Shown: positions 43,972 to 55,031 of the stretch, in pieces
Position numbering within the stretch: the first letter of the stretch is position 1
Layout: the number at the start of each line of letters is the position of its first letter
Notes under the pieces: model-generated
Database searches by the model: none
Seen by the model: the letters and a program-made list of their open reading frames with translations, nothing else
Told to the model about the DNA's origin: nothing
Program-made: the position numbers and the translations under genes
From: Patescibacteria group bacterium
Lineage (GTDB): Bacteria > Patescibacteriota > JACPGU01
DNA length: 64,000 nucleotides
Direction: 5' to 3'
Assembly (NCBI GenBank): GCA_041675145.1
Contig: JBAYUK010000002.1
Coordinates: 88,530-152,529, forward strand

Positions 43972-45765
43972 ATGAACCAAACAGAAGAGATAAAAAAGAA
44001 GATCGATATCGTCGATCTCATATCTTCATACTTTACACTGCAAAAAGCAGGGTTTAACTATCGTGGAGTCTGTCCTTTTCACAAAGAAAAAACCCCTTCT
44101 TTTATGGTGAGTCCAGATAAACAGATCTGGTATTGTTTCGGTTGTAACCAAGGTGGAGATGTTTTTTCTTTTGTAGAGAAAATAGAAGGAATTGACTTTG
44201 TCGGAGCATTGAAGATACTTGCAGACCGTGCTGGAGTCATACTTACTCATAATGTTCCAGAAAAAAAAGTAGCTAGAGATAGGTTCTTTGAGATGAATAG
44301 TCTCGCTATGAAGTTTTATGAGTATATTTTAGAGACATCAAAAGAAGGTCAGGGAGCTAAAGACTACCTAGTAAGCCAAAGAGGTATTGCACCAGAGACC
44401 ATAAAGACTTTTCATATTGGCTATTCTCCAGTTGGCCCAGATATTCTCCATTCTTTTTTACTCAAAAGAGGATATACAGAAGAGGAGATGATGCAGCTTG
44501 GACTTGTTTCGCGTGACTCTCGTGGAAAGGTGGTAGATAAGATGCGAGAGAGAGTAATATTTCCTATTCTGTCTGCACAAGGAAAGGTAGTTGGCTTTGG
44601 AGGGAGAATAATTCGTGAGTATACAAATACGAATTTTATCCCACCAAAGTATCTCAACTCACCACAGTCCCCAGTGTATGATAAGAGTAGTGTTCTGTAT
44701 GGGTTAGATATAGCTCGTCCATATATACGAGAAGATGACTTTGTCGTAGTAGTTGAGGGGTACCTCGATGTTATTGCCTCGCATCAAGCCGGCATACGAT
44801 CAGTTGTTGCATCTTCTGGTACTGCCCTTTCCCATGAGCAATTGCAGCTACTTTCTCGGTACACAAAAAATATTATTTTTTGTTTTGATTCAGATGATGC
44901 GGGCTGGCAGGCACTAAAACGAGCGCTACAAACAAGTCTCGGTCATGATATTGAAGTGAGGGCGATCTTACTCACGACAGCAAAAGACCCGGATGAGTTA
45001 GTGAAGCGCGATCCGAAACTATGGCAGGATGAAATTATTTCTGCCCAACCTATTTTAGAGCTGTATTATAAGAACATCATTAAGACTCATGATTTGAGTA
45101 AAATGGATCAGAAGAAAAAGGCTTCGGAAGACATTATGAATCTCATTTCACAGTTGAAGCACGAAGTAGAGCGGTCATATTATGTTAAAAAAATGTCGTA
45201 CGACTTTGATATTCCAGAAACAACACTTCGTGACACGATTGCTCAACTAAAAACTAAGCCAACTACTACTCGCGATCCTGGTGTGGTGACGGGTAATACT
45301 AGCCTTGCAGATACTGAGGCAAAAGAGATAAAACTCTCCAGAGAACTACTATATTTAGGGTCGCTCATAGCTATGCCTGAAGGGGGAATATTTCTAGAGA
45401 CAGAGCTTGCTGATGATCTATTTACAGAAGAAATAGCAAAAAACATTTACAAATATATATCCGAGTGGCATAATAGTAAAAAGTCAAATGAAAGTATACA
45501 GGTTAAGAGTTACCTAGAAGAGCATATTACGGACCATAAGATACAAGAGACAATTGCACTAATGTGCTTTTTGGCTCAATCTTTTTTTGAAGGTCTGGAA
45601 AGTGATCAAATCACTGCTGATATAAGAGCTCTTCATCTATTGGTAATTCAAGACAAGAAAGAGAGAAGAAAAAAAGACATTCAAAAAGAAATATATATGT
45701 GCGATAAAGAGAAAGATAGGGATATGATCAAGTCGTTACTTCGAGAACTACAAAGCTTGATCTAG
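43972..45765 (+). CDS. dnaG: DNA primase DnaG.
   Basis: Zinc-binding domain '[34 protein letters not shown]' is present. The TOPRIM domain has '[11 protein letters not shown]' and '[11 protein letters not shown]'. Confidence 0.9.
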   Translation: MNQTEEIKKKIDIVDLISSYFTLQKAGFNYRGVCPFHKEKTPSFMVSPDKQIWYCFGCNQGGDVFSFVEKIEGIDFVGALKILADRAGVILTHNVPEKKVARDRFFEMNSLAMKFYEYILETSKEGQGAKDYLVSQRGIAPETIKTFHIGYSPVGPDILHSFLLKRGYTEEEMMQLGLVSRDSRGKVVDKMRERVIFPILSAQGKVVGFGGRIIREYTNTNFIPPKYLNSPQSPVYDKSSVLYGLDIARPYIREDDFVVVVEGYLDVIASHQAGIRSVVASSGTALSHEQLQLLSRYTKNIIFCFDSDDAGWQALKRALQTSLGHDIEVRAILLTTAKDPDELVKRDPKLWQDEIISAQPILELYYKNIIKTHDLSKMDQKKKASEDIMNLISQLKHEVERSYYVKKMSYDFDIPETTLRDTIAQLKTKPTTTRDPGVVTGNTSLADTEAKEIKLSRELLYLGSLIAMPEGGIFLETELADDLFTEEIAKNIYKYISEWHNSKKSNESIQVKSYLEEHITDHKIQETIALMCFLAQSFFEGLESDQITADIRALHLLVIQDKKERRKKDIQKEIYMCDKEKDRDMIKSLLRELQSLI

Positions 45766-45790
45766 GAATAATATCAACTCAAAAAATACT

Positions 45791-46924
45791 ATGGCAAAAA
45801 AGAAAACAGCCTCTCCTAGTCGCTCATCTCATGAGCCAGAAATAGAGCAGTTGATAGAGAAAGGAAAACAACAGGGTTTCGTGACTCAAGCAGATATTCT
45901 TGCTATCGTACCAAATGCTGAAGAAGATATTGAAAAGTTCGATGACATCTATAGTGTTCTCCTAGAAGAAGGTATTGAAGTGAGTGCTGATGGAGGGATT
46001 GATGAAGAAAGCGGACCTTCTGCTGAAGTGATGGAAGAGGCAGCAGACGACGACCTCTTAGAGCAAATACAAAATCAAGAAGAGACTCTGGCGGATATTT
46101 CAAATGACTCAGTGAGAATGTATCTTCGTGAAATCGGACGTATTCCTTTACTTACCTCTGATGAGGAAGTGGTTTTAGCGAAAAAGATCGAAAAAGGGGA
46201 AAAGGACGGTAAGGATCGTTTGGCAGAAGCTAACTTGAGACTTGTGGTTAGTATCGCAAAGAAGTATGTAGGAAGAGGGTTGCCACTCCTAGATCTTATT
46301 CAGGAGGGTAACTTGGGTCTTATGAAAGCGGTTGATAAATTCGACTATAAAAGAGGATATAAGTTCTCAACCTATGCTACATGGTGGATCCGTCAAGCGA
46401 TCACCCGAGCAATAGCAGACCAAGCTCGCGTTATCCGTATTCCTGTTCACATGGTCGAGACCATTAATAAATTAATGCGCGTACAGCGACAATTATCTCA
46501 AGAACTGCAACGCGATCCAACTCCGGAAGAAATTGCAGCAGAGATGGCTATGGAAATAGAAAAGGTACAGCAGATTCTAAAGATTTCTCAGCAGACTATC
46601 TCACTTGAGACTACTGTTGGAGAAGAAGATGACAGTCGGTTGTCTGACTTCATCCCTGACGAGAAGAACCTCTCTCCAGATGATGCTGCTACTCACCAAC
46701 TTCTTCGTGAACAGTTGCGTGAAGTTATAAAAACTCTTTATCCTCGTGAGCAGAAGATTGTTAATATGCGTTTCGGTCTTGAGGACGGAAAGAGCCATAC
46801 ACTTGAGGAAGTAGGTAGAGAATTTGGGGTAACTCGAGAGAGAATCCGTCAGATTGAAGCTAAGGCTCTTTTGAAACTCAGAAGGAACAGAGATAGCAAG
46901 ATGTTGAAAGAGTACCTCAAATAA
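45791..46924 (+). CDS. rpoD: RNA polymerase sigma factor RpoD (primary sigma-70).
   Basis: Region 2.4 is '[27 protein letters not shown]'. Region 4.2 is '[24 protein letters not shown]'. dnaG-rpoD synteny is conserved. Confidence 0.92.
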   Translation: MAKKKTASPSRSSHEPEIEQLIEKGKQQGFVTQADILAIVPNAEEDIEKFDDIYSVLLEEGIEVSADGGIDEESGPSAEVMEEAADDDLLEQIQNQEETLADISNDSVRMYLREIGRIPLLTSDEEVVLAKKIEKGEKDGKDRLAEANLRLVVSIAKKYVGRGLPLLDLIQEGNLGLMKAVDKFDYKRGYKFSTYATWWIRQAITRAIADQARVIRIPVHMVETINKLMRVQRQLSQELQRDPTPEEIAAEMAMEIEKVQQILKISQQTISLETTVGEEDDSRLSDFIPDEKNLSPDDAATHQLLREQLREVIKTLYPREQKIVNMRFGLEDGKSHTLEEVGREFGVTRERIRQIEAKALLKLRRNRDSKMLKEYLK

Positions 46925-46968
46925 GCTATAATAACCATCATTGCGGAAAACGAAAAAGAAGGTCGTAT

Positions 46969-47040
46969 TCAGGGGTAGCTCAGTGGTAGAGCAATCGGCT
47001 GTTAACCGATTGGCCGTGGGTTCGAATCCCACCCCCTGAG
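46969..47040 (+). tRNA. tRNA-Asn (anticodon GUU).
   Basis: TCAGGGG-TA-GCTC-AGTGGTA-GAGC-A-ATCGG-CTGTTAA-CCGAT-TGGCC-GTGGG-TTCGAAT-CCCAC-CCCCTGA-G. The cloverleaf is canonical. Confidence 0.85.
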
Positions 47041-47085
47041 TACGGTCTTCTTTTTTATGCTTTATTTTACTAATACTACATAAAA

Positions 47086-47871
47086 ATGAACATAATACAT
47101 GCCATCATACTTGGAGTTGTAGAGGGTATAACTGAGTTTCTCCCTGTTTCGTCTACTGGGCACTTAATACTGTCCTCAAAGCTCTTAGGGCTTACTCAAG
47201 ATGACTTCATGAAGACATTTGAGATTGCGATACAGAGTGGGGCTATCCTGGCTGTAATCGCCCTGTATTGGAAGAAGTTCTTCAATAGTAATCTACTGAA
47301 AAAAACTGCCGTAGCCTTTATTCCTACTGCGGTTATTGGATTTGCATTATATAAAATTATAAAAAATGTTTTCTTATCTAGTGACCTTATCGTCCTGGTA
47401 GCTTTGTTTACTGGGGGGTTGGTGCTTATTCTTATTGAAATGTGGTTGAGTAAGAGGAGTGAAGAAGGAAAAGAAGAGGTCACTGATATGGCAAACTTAT
47501 CATATAAACAAGCAGCTATAATAGGTACTGCCCAGGCATTAGCTGTAATACCGGGTGTATCTAGGTCTGCTGCAAGTATTATAGGTGGAAGGGTAATTGG
47601 TTTATCGAGAAGCCTTGCTACAGAGTTTTCTTTCTTCCTAGCTGTGCCTACTATATTGTTTGCTACCCTGTATGATCTAAAAAACGGTATTGGATCTATT
47701 TCTTACGATCAAGGAGTAATTCTTGGAATTGGTCTTTTAATTTCGTTCATTACTGCAATTTTCGTGATAAAGTTGTTCCTTTCGTATATCAGGAAGCATG
47801 ATTTCACTGTTTTTGGGGTATACCGTATTGTTGTATCAGTGTTTTTATATATCGTGCTATTTAGGATGTAA
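47086..47871 (+). CDS. uppP: Undecaprenyl-diphosphatase (UppP/BacA).
   Basis: 'GVVEGITEFLPVSSTGHLIL' and 'PGVSRSAASIIGG' are signature motifs. It is a polytopic membrane protein. Confidence 0.9.
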   Translation: MNIIHAIILGVVEGITEFLPVSSTGHLILSSKLLGLTQDDFMKTFEIAIQSGAILAVIALYWKKFFNSNLLKKTAVAFIPTAVIGFALYKIIKNVFLSSDLIVLVALFTGGLVLILIEMWLSKRSEEGKEEVTDMANLSYKQAAIIGTAQALAVIPGVSRSAASIIGGRVIGLSRSLATEFSFFLAVPTILFATLYDLKNGIGSISYDQGVILGIGLLISFITAIFVIKLFLSYIRKHDFTVFGVYRIVVSVFLYIVLFRM

Positions 47872-47880
47872 TTATTTGTT

Positions 47881-48588
47881 ATGGATATAAGGTCACCTTT
47901 TATAGTTATTGATAAGCCTAAAGGTATTACTTCCTTTGGTGTGATACATAAACTAAGAAAGATAACTGGTATAAAGAAGATCGGGCATACGGGAACACTA
48001 GATCCACTGGCATCTGGTGTTTTAATTTGTGCTATTGGTAGGGAATCTACCAAGCAAATCGGAAACTTCTTGGATGCAGATAAGTCGTACAAGGCTCTAA
48101 TTAGGCTTGGCGCAACAAGCGCATCATACGATTTAGAAACAGAAATTATACACAGGGGGGTATTTTTTTTAAGAATTCCGAGTAAAAATAAAATAAAAAA
48201 AGTTTGCGAAGTCTTTTTGGGAGACTTTTTTCAAACTCCGCCTATATATTCTGCAAAAAAAATAAAAGGAAAAAAATATTATGACTTAGCTCGAGCAGGA
48301 ATAGAGTTTACTCCAAAAGCTAAAGAAATAAATATTAAAAAAATTGAAATAGTAAAGTATAGGTGGCCTTTTTTAGAGATAATTGTTGAATGTTCTTCTG
48401 GTACATACATAAGAAGCCTCGCAAACGATATCGGTGAAAAACTGAAAGTTGGTGGTGTTTTATGTGAGCTTGAGCGTATTGCAGTCGACACAATTACTAT
48501 ATTTGATACGCATAAATTAGATGATGTGACGCCAAATAATTGGAAAGAAAAAATATTTAAAAAAAATCATAAATATATATTGACATAG
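47881..48588 (+). CDS. truB: tRNA pseudouridine(55) synthase TruB.
   Basis: 'IDKPKGITSFGVIHKLRKITGIKKIGHTGTLDPLASGVL' contains the catalytic Asp motif. Confidence 0.88.
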   Translation: MDIRSPFIVIDKPKGITSFGVIHKLRKITGIKKIGHTGTLDPLASGVLICAIGRESTKQIGNFLDADKSYKALIRLGATSASYDLETEIIHRGVFFLRIPSKNKIKKVCEVFLGDFFQTPPIYSAKKIKGKKYYDLARAGIEFTPKAKEINIKKIEIVKYRWPFLEIIVECSSGTYIRSLANDIGEKLKVGGVLCELERIAVDTITIFDTHKLDDVTPNNWKEKIFKKNHKYILT

Positions 48589-48647
48589 TTTCTAGTATTG
48601 CTATGATTGTTATATACAAATAAAAATATAAGTAACACAAACAGTAT

Positions 48648-48767
48648 ATGGCAGCAAAAAAGAAGGTAGTTAAGAAAGCAGCACCGAAGAAGAAAGTTGC
48701 GAAGAAGGCTGTAAAGAAGACCGTGAAAAAGACTGTGAAGAAGAAGACTGTGAAAAAAAAGAAATAG
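48648..48767 (+). CDS. Small (39 aa) extremely Lys-rich protein (AKK/VKK repeats), histone-H1/HC1-like basic protein.
   Basis: It falls below the ORF-track length cut-off. The ATG at 48648 to the TAG at 48765 encodes MAAKKKVVKKAAPKKKVAKKAVKKTVKKTVKKKTVKKKK. It is followed 20 nt later by a strong terminator. Confidence 0.5.
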   Translation: MAAKKKVVKKAAPKKKVAKKAVKKTVKKTVKKKTVKKKK

Positions 48768-48786
48768 TTTTTCGCAACTTCATATA

Positions 48787-48812
48787 AAACCCCTGTTTAT
48801 CAGGGGTTTTAT
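48787..48812 (+). terminator. Rho-independent terminator (AAAACCCCTG-TTTAT-CAGGGGTTTT).
   Basis: Perfect 10-bp inverted repeat followed by T-rich sequence. Confidence 0.75.
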
Positions 48813-48844
48813 AGTATGTAAGGCTTCATGGTAAACTATATATA

Positions 48845-50170
48845 ATGAAACTTATAAATATATCAGTGCAGAAACTAGAAAAGATAAGCGCTTACTTTTT
48901 TTTAACGTTTATATTTTTTCTTCCTTTCATGAAAAGAAAGGAATTTTACCTACCTGATTCTTTTTGGAATGGAAATTTTATAGAGTATGTAACTCCGTCT
49001 ATATATGTATCGGAGCTATTTCTATTGGTTGCGCTTGGTATTTTCTTACTTCTTTTCATTTTATTTAAAGAAAAATATATCTTTAAAAGTATTTTAACTA
49101 GAAATTTAACTAGGTTGTTTATACTTTTTCAGGTTTTTTCTCTAGTCTCTTTATTTTTTTCTCAAACGCAAATTGTTAGCTTATACTACATTCTTGTATC
49201 TTGGGTACTCTTTATTACGATTTTGTACTTAACTTACTTTTTAAGAAGTATGAGCAACATAAGAAGTCTTACGAATGTCTTCCTGGTAGCTATGACGATC
49301 CAGGGTGTTATCGCTATGCTGCAGTTTATAACAGGCCATTCTATTGGGCTGCATGTTATAGGAGAACAATACCTATCTTCAGAAACCATAGGAGTAGCTA
49401 AGGTGGTTTTTGGCTCCGTAAAGCATATAAGGCCTTACGGTACTTTTTCTCATCCAAATATACTAGGTTACTTTACTGCCATAGCAATATACCTTGGCCT
49501 AAACGACTATATATCTCTAGAAGGTAACAGAAGGACTTTACGAATAATTACGCTGTTTATCCTTGCTCTTACGCTTCTTTTGACCTTCTCGCGTATATCT
49601 TGGATTGTAGCAACGATATTCGTTGTAGGTATTTACCTAAAAAAGTTTCATAAGACACTTCACATAAGAAACTTTTTTAAAGAAAATACTAAACCGCTTA
49701 CTTATCTTATTGTATTTAGTACTTTACTCGTTGGAGCAGTTATGTGGTATCGAGTTAACCCACTTAACCCACTTACCTGGGAGTCTTTAGTCGTTAGGTA
49801 TCAGCTTTATATTCATTCGTTAAAAATGTTGTTATTGTATCCGCAAGGAGTAGGAATTGGAAATTACTCAATTATTCTAACTAAAACATACTCATCTCTC
49901 CCATTCTGGATGTTGCAACCAGTTCATAATACGTTTTTGCTAGCAATAAACGAGCTAGGGTTGGGACTTGTAGTTCTTATGCTTGCCGCGTTGCCTTACG
50001 CTTGGAAGAAGCTACAGAAGACGACATATGAGAATAAGCTACTCATTACAGGTCTACTTATATTTATGATATTTGATCATGCATTTTGGGATATTAGGCA
50101 AGCGCAATACTTATTTGTATTAGTCATTGGTCTGTGCATCTCCCGAATAGAAATAGGTCGTAAAACATGA
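48845..50170 (+). CDS. Polytopic membrane protein of the O-antigen ligase/polymerase (Wzy_C/WaaL-like) family.
   Basis: More than 10 predicted TM helices. 'LTFSRISWIVATIFVVG' resembles the Wzy_C 'SRG…W' loop region. First gene of the glycan cluster. Confidence 0.55.
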   Translation: MKLINISVQKLEKISAYFFLTFIFFLPFMKRKEFYLPDSFWNGNFIEYVTPSIYVSELFLLVALGIFLLLFILFKEKYIFKSILTRNLTRLFILFQVFSLVSLFFSQTQIVSLYYILVSWVLFITILYLTYFLRSMSNIRSLTNVFLVAMTIQGVIAMLQFITGHSIGLHVIGEQYLSSETIGVAKVVFGSVKHIRPYGTFSHPNILGYFTAIAIYLGLNDYISLEGNRRTLRIITLFILALTLLLTFSRISWIVATIFVVGIYLKKFHKTLHIRNFFKENTKPLTYLIVFSTLLVGAVMWYRVNPLNPLTWESLVVRYQLYIHSLKMLLLYPQGVGIGNYSIILTKTYSSLPFWMLQPVHNTFLLAINELGLGLVVLMLAALPYAWKKLQKTTYENKLLITGLLIFMIFDHAFWDIRQAQYLFVLVIGLCISRIEIGRKT

Positions 50171-50183
50171 TATAATAGCTCAT

Positions 50184-51605
50184 ATGGCTGGTTATACAAA
50201 AAAGATTGCCTACAACACTCTCATTCAGTTTGTGGGCAAGGCAATCACTACAACTATCTCTATAGTTACTCTAGCGACCATTGCTCGATATCTGGGTGTT
50301 AGTCTATATGGAGAATACGCTACTGCCTTCGCCTTTATAGGCTTTTTTTCTATTTTGGCTGATATGGGCTTCTATACTATTGCAGTTAAGGAGATGGCAG
50401 CACGGCCAGATGAAAAAGACTACATAATAGGCAATATCCTGCTGATGCGAATAGCGCTCGCTCTTGCCTTTGTGGTAATTGCTCCTATTGTTGGCTGGTT
50501 GATTCCTGTGTATTCTCTTGCAGTGAAACAGGGAATACTGATTATTTGTTTGTCTACATTCTTTGTTCTCATAAACCAAATCTTTGTTAGTGTTTTTCAG
50601 TACTTTTTAAGGATGGATAAGCTGGTGTTAGCAGACTCTATCTCTCGCGCAGTTATGCTAGTAGTTGTACTAATTGCAGTCTACCTAAAACTACCTCTAC
50701 CATTCTTCTTTTTAGCGCACCTTTTGGCAAATATCGCTCTATGTTTACTGTCGTATCTGTTTGCGCGTAAGTTTGTTACGGTCAGACTCAAGTACGATTC
50801 AAAATACTGGAAGTATATAGCGAAAGAAGCATCAACTCTTGGCCTCGTTCTTGTTCTAGGTTTCGTGTACTTTAAGGTAGATTCTCTAATGCTGTCTCTA
50901 CTTGCAGATAGTAGGGCAGTGGGTATATATAGTGCATCGTATAAGGTTCTGGAGATTATGATAACAATACCAGCAATGTTTATGGGGTCAGTTTTTCCTC
51001 TAATAGTTAGGTATATAAAAGATAAAGACGAGAGACTTCAGGGTAGTTTTCAAAAAAGTTTTGATTTTATGAGCTTGCTTGCCCTACCTATGTTACTTTC
51101 TCTTGTTGTGTTAGCAAAGCCTATTATGCTACTCCTGGCTGGAGGAGAATTTACTGATTCAATTCTCGTACTCCAGTACTTATCTTTTGCTATCTTTATA
51201 ATATTTTATGGCACTATCTTTGGAAACTTTGTAGTGGCTGCAAACCTTCAGAAAAAGATGATATACGTATATCTTCTTGGTATGGTATTTAATACTATTA
51301 CTAATGCGTATTTAATATCTCGTTTCTCTTACTACGGTGCTGCTCTCACGACAGTTGTAACTGAGTTACTCGTTGCTTCTCTTACTTTTATAATAATTAA
51401 GAGACACTTTGGTTTTGTTCCTAACTTAAGGATCTTTTTTAAGGCCCTCACCGCTTCAGTCGTAATGGCAGCGTTGCTGTACGTTACTCGTGGCGCTATT
51501 CACGTCCTTTTGCTTGCACCAATTGGCCTGTTTCTCTATATAGGGGTGTTATATGTCCTAAAGGCTATTAACCGAGATACGTTAAAAACTATTTTTAAAA
51601 GTTAA
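50184..51605 (+). CDS. wzx: Wzx-type oligosaccharide flippase (polysaccharide biosynthesis protein, MOP superfamily).
   Basis: 'KKIAYNTLIQFVGKAITTTISIVTLATIARYLGVSLYGEY' is the typical Wzx N-terminus. About 12 TM helices. Confidence 0.7.
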   Translation: MAGYTKKIAYNTLIQFVGKAITTTISIVTLATIARYLGVSLYGEYATAFAFIGFFSILADMGFYTIAVKEMAARPDEKDYIIGNILLMRIALALAFVVIAPIVGWLIPVYSLAVKQGILIICLSTFFVLINQIFVSVFQYFLRMDKLVLADSISRAVMLVVVLIAVYLKLPLPFFFLAHLLANIALCLLSYLFARKFVTVRLKYDSKYWKYIAKEASTLGLVLVLGFVYFKVDSLMLSLLADSRAVGIYSASYKVLEIMITIPAMFMGSVFPLIVRYIKDKDERLQGSFQKSFDFMSLLALPMLLSLVVLAKPIMLLLAGGEFTDSILVLQYLSFAIFIIFYGTIFGNFVVAANLQKKMIYVYLLGMVFNTITNAYLISRFSYYGAALTTVVTELLVASLTFIIIKRHFGFVPNLRIFFKALTASVVMAALLYVTRGAIHVLLLAPIGLFLYIGVLYVLKAINRDTLKTIFKS

Positions 51606-51609
51606 GTAT

Positions 51610-52746
51610 ATGCGAGTATTGGTTTTTAAATCTTCTTGGGTGTTTGGAGGAGGAGAGATATATAATCTCCAGCTTTTTAATATCTTAAAAGAACTACATA
51701 TTGAAACTGTTCTCTTTTCTTACAATGATGACTTCATTAAGAAGTCCGAAGGTACTGGTGTTACAACAAAAAAAGTGTTCTGGGGTAGTGAGCCAAGCTC
51801 TCTTAGGTACCTAGCACAGTTCTTTATATTAATGCCGTACAACTACCTGGTATTTTTTATACTGTTGTTTAAATATAGAGGGAGTGGTAACGTAGTCTTT
51901 TTCCAAGGTATCCATGACAAAATAATTGGAACAGGTATAGCACGCATTCTTGGTTATAGGGTTTATTGGTTGGAGCACCTTTCTTTGATGCCTTGGATTG
52001 TAAGGTGGGACAAGAGAGTTATTAAATATCTGTACAATAAGAGCTCAAAAAAAGTAGACGGTGTTATTGCTATATCTCAGTCGGTAAAGAAAGAGCTTAT
52101 TTCTTACCTAGCTATTAACAAAGAAAAAGTAAGTGTTCTTTACTACGGCATAAACCTTAATCTTCCAAATCGTAACCCTTCTGAAAAAGTTGAGGAGTTC
52201 TTAAAAAATAATACAGGTACAGTTATCGGGTATGTTGGTCGTCTTCATAACGAAAAGGGACTATCCATACTAATACAAGCCTTTAATGAAGTACAAAAAG
52301 ACTTACCATCCAAGCTTATTCTCGTTGGAGAGGGAGAAGATCGTCTGAAGTTAGAAGAGTTGGTGGAGGAGATGGGAATAACTGATAAAGTTTTATTTAC
52401 TGGCTTTCAGGAGAATGTTTATTCTTGTATCGAAAAGGTGGATGTTTTTGTTTTACCCTCATTAGTACGAGAATCTCTAGGGATAGTATTACTTGAGGCA
52501 ATGTCGTTGAAAAAGATATGTGTAGCAAGTCGCATTGGGGGAATTCCTGAGATTATACAGAACGGTATAAACGGGTATTTGGTTGGCCCTGGAGATGTAT
52601 CAGAGCTATCAAGGGTACTATATAGTATTCATAGTTTGTCTAAAGAAAATACGCATGCAATACAGGAAAATGCATATGCTACTATCATAGAAAAATTTAG
52701 TTACCAAGAGATGAAGAAATTAGTTTCGAAGTTGCTACACATATGA
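51610..52746 (+). CDS. Glycosyltransferase family 4 (GT-B, RfaB-like).
   Basis: 'GRLHNEKG' and the 'SLGIVLLEAMS' E-x7-E motif are present. Confidence 0.75.
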   Translation: MRVLVFKSSWVFGGGEIYNLQLFNILKELHIETVLFSYNDDFIKKSEGTGVTTKKVFWGSEPSSLRYLAQFFILMPYNYLVFFILLFKYRGSGNVVFFQGIHDKIIGTGIARILGYRVYWLEHLSLMPWIVRWDKRVIKYLYNKSSKKVDGVIAISQSVKKELISYLAINKEKVSVLYYGINLNLPNRNPSEKVEEFLKNNTGTVIGYVGRLHNEKGLSILIQAFNEVQKDLPSKLILVGEGEDRLKLEELVEEMGITDKVLFTGFQENVYSCIEKVDVFVLPSLVRESLGIVLLEAMSLKKICVASRIGGIPEIIQNGINGYLVGPGDVSELSRVLYSIHSLSKENTHAIQENAYATIIEKFSYQEMKKLVSKLLHI

Positions 52747-53846
52747 AAATAGGAATAGATACAAGACTGCCATTAAAAGAGAAAACGGGTATGGGCTATT
52801 TAGCTCAGAATTTAGTGAGTGGCATGGTAGACATCTCTAAAAAAAATAGTGATGAGGTTACCCTTATTGGAGACTCAATAGGTAACTATAATAATGTTAA
52901 GTACATTAAGCTTTCAGGAATAGTGAAGAGAGGCCTAAACTTTATATGGAGATACCTGCCAGTACCAGTTAACTTGCTTGGAAAGCCATTTGACGCTTTT
53001 CTGTTCCCTAACTTTGTAGATTTCCCGGTAAGAGCAAAAAGAAAGGTAGTTATTATTGGTGACTTATCTTTTTTGAAATATCCGGATTTTATTGAGAAGA
53101 AAAATAGAAATTATCTTTTGAAGTACGTACCGAAAGCAATACAGCGTTCTGATCATATACTTGCGATTACGCAAGTAGTAAAAGATGAGATAGTGGAGTA
53201 TTATGGCGTTCCAGAGGCTAAGATAAGTGTTATGCACTTGGCTCCTAATAAAGATATTTCTTTTACAGGTAATAGTATTGAGCTGAACAGAGTAAGAGAT
53301 AAATACGGTATACCAGATAACTACTTTTTATCAGTTGGTACAATCGAGCCAAGAAAGAACCACGCTGTATTATTGGAGGCAATGGCAAAAATGAAAAGTA
53401 ATACTGACTCACGGTATGTATTAGTAATAGCAGGAAAAAAAGATTCTGATTACGAAAGGTTACAGTTACTTGCAAGTAAGTTACAAATAGAAGACAGAGT
53501 TATTTTTACGGGTTATATAGAAGAGGGAGACTTTTCTGCGCTATATAGTGGGTCTAAGATATGTATCTTCTCTTCACTGTATGAGGGTTTTGGCATACCA
53601 GTGATTGAGGCTATGAGCTGCAGAGTTCCAGTCATACTCTCAAACATACCTACCTTCCACGAAATAGCGGGAGAAAACGCTTTGTATTTTGACCCAGAAA
53701 ATGCAGAACAGCTAGTGGAGAAGATACGATTAATTCTAGAGAACCCAGATTTGAGACAGAACTTAGTGGATTCGGCTTCATCTTCTGTTAAAAGATTTAC
53801 CTGGGAAAGATCGGCACAGATAGCATACAGAGCTCTTTTTAAATAG
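52743..53846 (+). CDS. Glycosyltransferase family 4.
   Basis: 'GTIEPRKNH…EGFGIPVIEAMSC' is present. 4-nt overlap with the upstream gene. Confidence 0.75.
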   Translation: MKIGIDTRLPLKEKTGMGYLAQNLVSGMVDISKKNSDEVTLIGDSIGNYNNVKYIKLSGIVKRGLNFIWRYLPVPVNLLGKPFDAFLFPNFVDFPVRAKRKVVIIGDLSFLKYPDFIEKKNRNYLLKYVPKAIQRSDHILAITQVVKDEIVEYYGVPEAKISVMHLAPNKDISFTGNSIELNRVRDKYGIPDNYFLSVGTIEPRKNHAVLLEAMAKMKSNTDSRYVLVIAGKKDSDYERLQLLASKLQIEDRVIFTGYIEEGDFSALYSGSKICIFSSLYEGFGIPVIEAMSCRVPVILSNIPTFHEIAGENALYFDPENAEQLVEKIRLILENPDLRQNLVDSASSSVKRFTWERSAQIAYRALFK

Positions 53847-53870
53847 GGTAGGTTACTGTAGAATACATAT

Positions 53871-55031
53871 ATGCTTATAGGATTTGACTGCCGCATAATT
53901 AGAGATAAAAACCCAGCCGGAATCTCCTGGGTTGTTTTAGAGTCGTTGCGTAAGATACTCTCTCTCGATCGTAAAAATGAATACCTCTTAATATTCGACA
54001 GTATCGAGATAAAGGACTATGTGCTGCACTACTTACGGCACATTAAAAAACAGTATCGGGTTATGATTGTGCCTTTCAGTTTACTTGGTGTTAAAAATTT
54101 AATACACCTGCCTGCTGTGCTTGAATCAAAGAACATAGATGTCTACTACTTGCCGTACTACTTTACTACGCCTTTCCATAAGAAAAGCTATAAAGTCGTC
54201 TTAACGGTTTTTGACCTAATTCATTTCTTCTATCCCAAGCTTAAGATGGGATTAGGAAGAAAGCTTTTTCACTTATTTAAACTTGCACCGTACCTTGTAC
54301 TAAGAAGAGCAGATAAGATTATTACTATCTCTATAAACACTTCCAGAGATTTAATACATATGTTTCGTGTTCCTTCTAGAAAAATTAAGATGATATATGT
54401 AGGTGTCTCTGAAAGATTTAGGAAAGTAGACATGGTACTTGCTAAGAAGCTTATGAGGGAGAAGTACTCTATTCAAAAAAACTATATCCTTTACGTAGGA
54501 AGAAACGAACCACATAAGAATATAAAAGCTTTAATAGGTGCATACGCTTTACTGCCACAGGCAGTGAGGGATAGTCATACGCTCGTATTAGCAGGAAAAG
54601 AAGAGGAGCGATATGCACAGTCAATTCACGACTTTGTAAACAAGCTACACATAACTGAGAATGTCGTATTTACTGGGTATGTAGATGAATCCGACTTACC
54701 GTATGTATATAGTGGAGCCAGTGTTTTTGTCTTCCCATCTTTTTATGAAGGCTTTGGCATGCCAGTTCTTGAGGCCATGGCATGTGAGGTCCCAGTTATT
54801 TGTTCAGATAGTTCTTGTTTGCCTGAGGCAGGTGGGAATGCTGCTTTATACTTCCACCCAGAAGATGTCCGTGATTTAACAAGTAAGCTATATGAAGTGT
54901 TGAGCAATTCAATGAAGAGAGAGGATATGATTAAGAAAGGAAAAGTACAGGTGAGAAAATTCACGTGGTTTAACTCTATTTCGCAACTCATAGAGTGCTT
55001 AGAGCAAGTAGTACACGGTGATATGAAATGA
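53871..55031 (+). CDS. Glycosyltransferase family 4.
   Basis: 'GRNEPHKNI…EGFGMPVLEAMAC' is present. Confidence 0.75.
   Translation: MLIGFDCRIIRDKNPAGISWVVLESLRKILSLDRKNEYLLIFDSIEIKDYVLHYLRHIKKQYRVMIVPFSLLGVKNLIHLPAVLESKNIDVYYLPYYFTTPFHKKSYKVVLTVFDLIHFFYPKLKMGLGRKLFHLFKLAPYLVLRRADKIITISINTSRDLIHMFRVPSRKIKMIYVGVSERFRKVDMVLAKKLMREKYSIQKNYILYVGRNEPHKNIKALIGAYALLPQAVRDSHTLVLAGKEEERYAQSIHDFVNKLHITENVVFTGYVDESDLPYVYSGASVFVFPSFYEGFGMPVLEAMACEVPVICSDSSCLPEAGGNAALYFHPEDVRDLTSKLYEVLSNSMKREDMIKKGKVQVRKFTWFNSISQLIECLEQVVHGDMK

Noticed and set aside
48100-48260. A/T-rich low-complexity stretch (poly-A and poly-T runs) inside truB, suspected to be an insertion or frameshift site.
   Set aside because: The TruB reading frame stays intact through it, and the encoded segment (…IPSKNKIKKVCEVFLGDFFQTPPIYSAKKIKGKKYYDLARAG…) matches conserved TruB core sequence. 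It is a homopolymer-rich region to watch for sequencing errors, but not a feature.
48655-48765. Short periodic DNA repeats (gtgaagaag / gtgaaaaag units) that could be mistaken for a microsatellite or mini CRISPR-like array.
   Set aside because: The periodicity is 9-12 nt, in frame, and encodes the VKK repeats of the small Lys-rich ORF. There are no repeat-spacer units of CRISPR size and no cas genes in the window.
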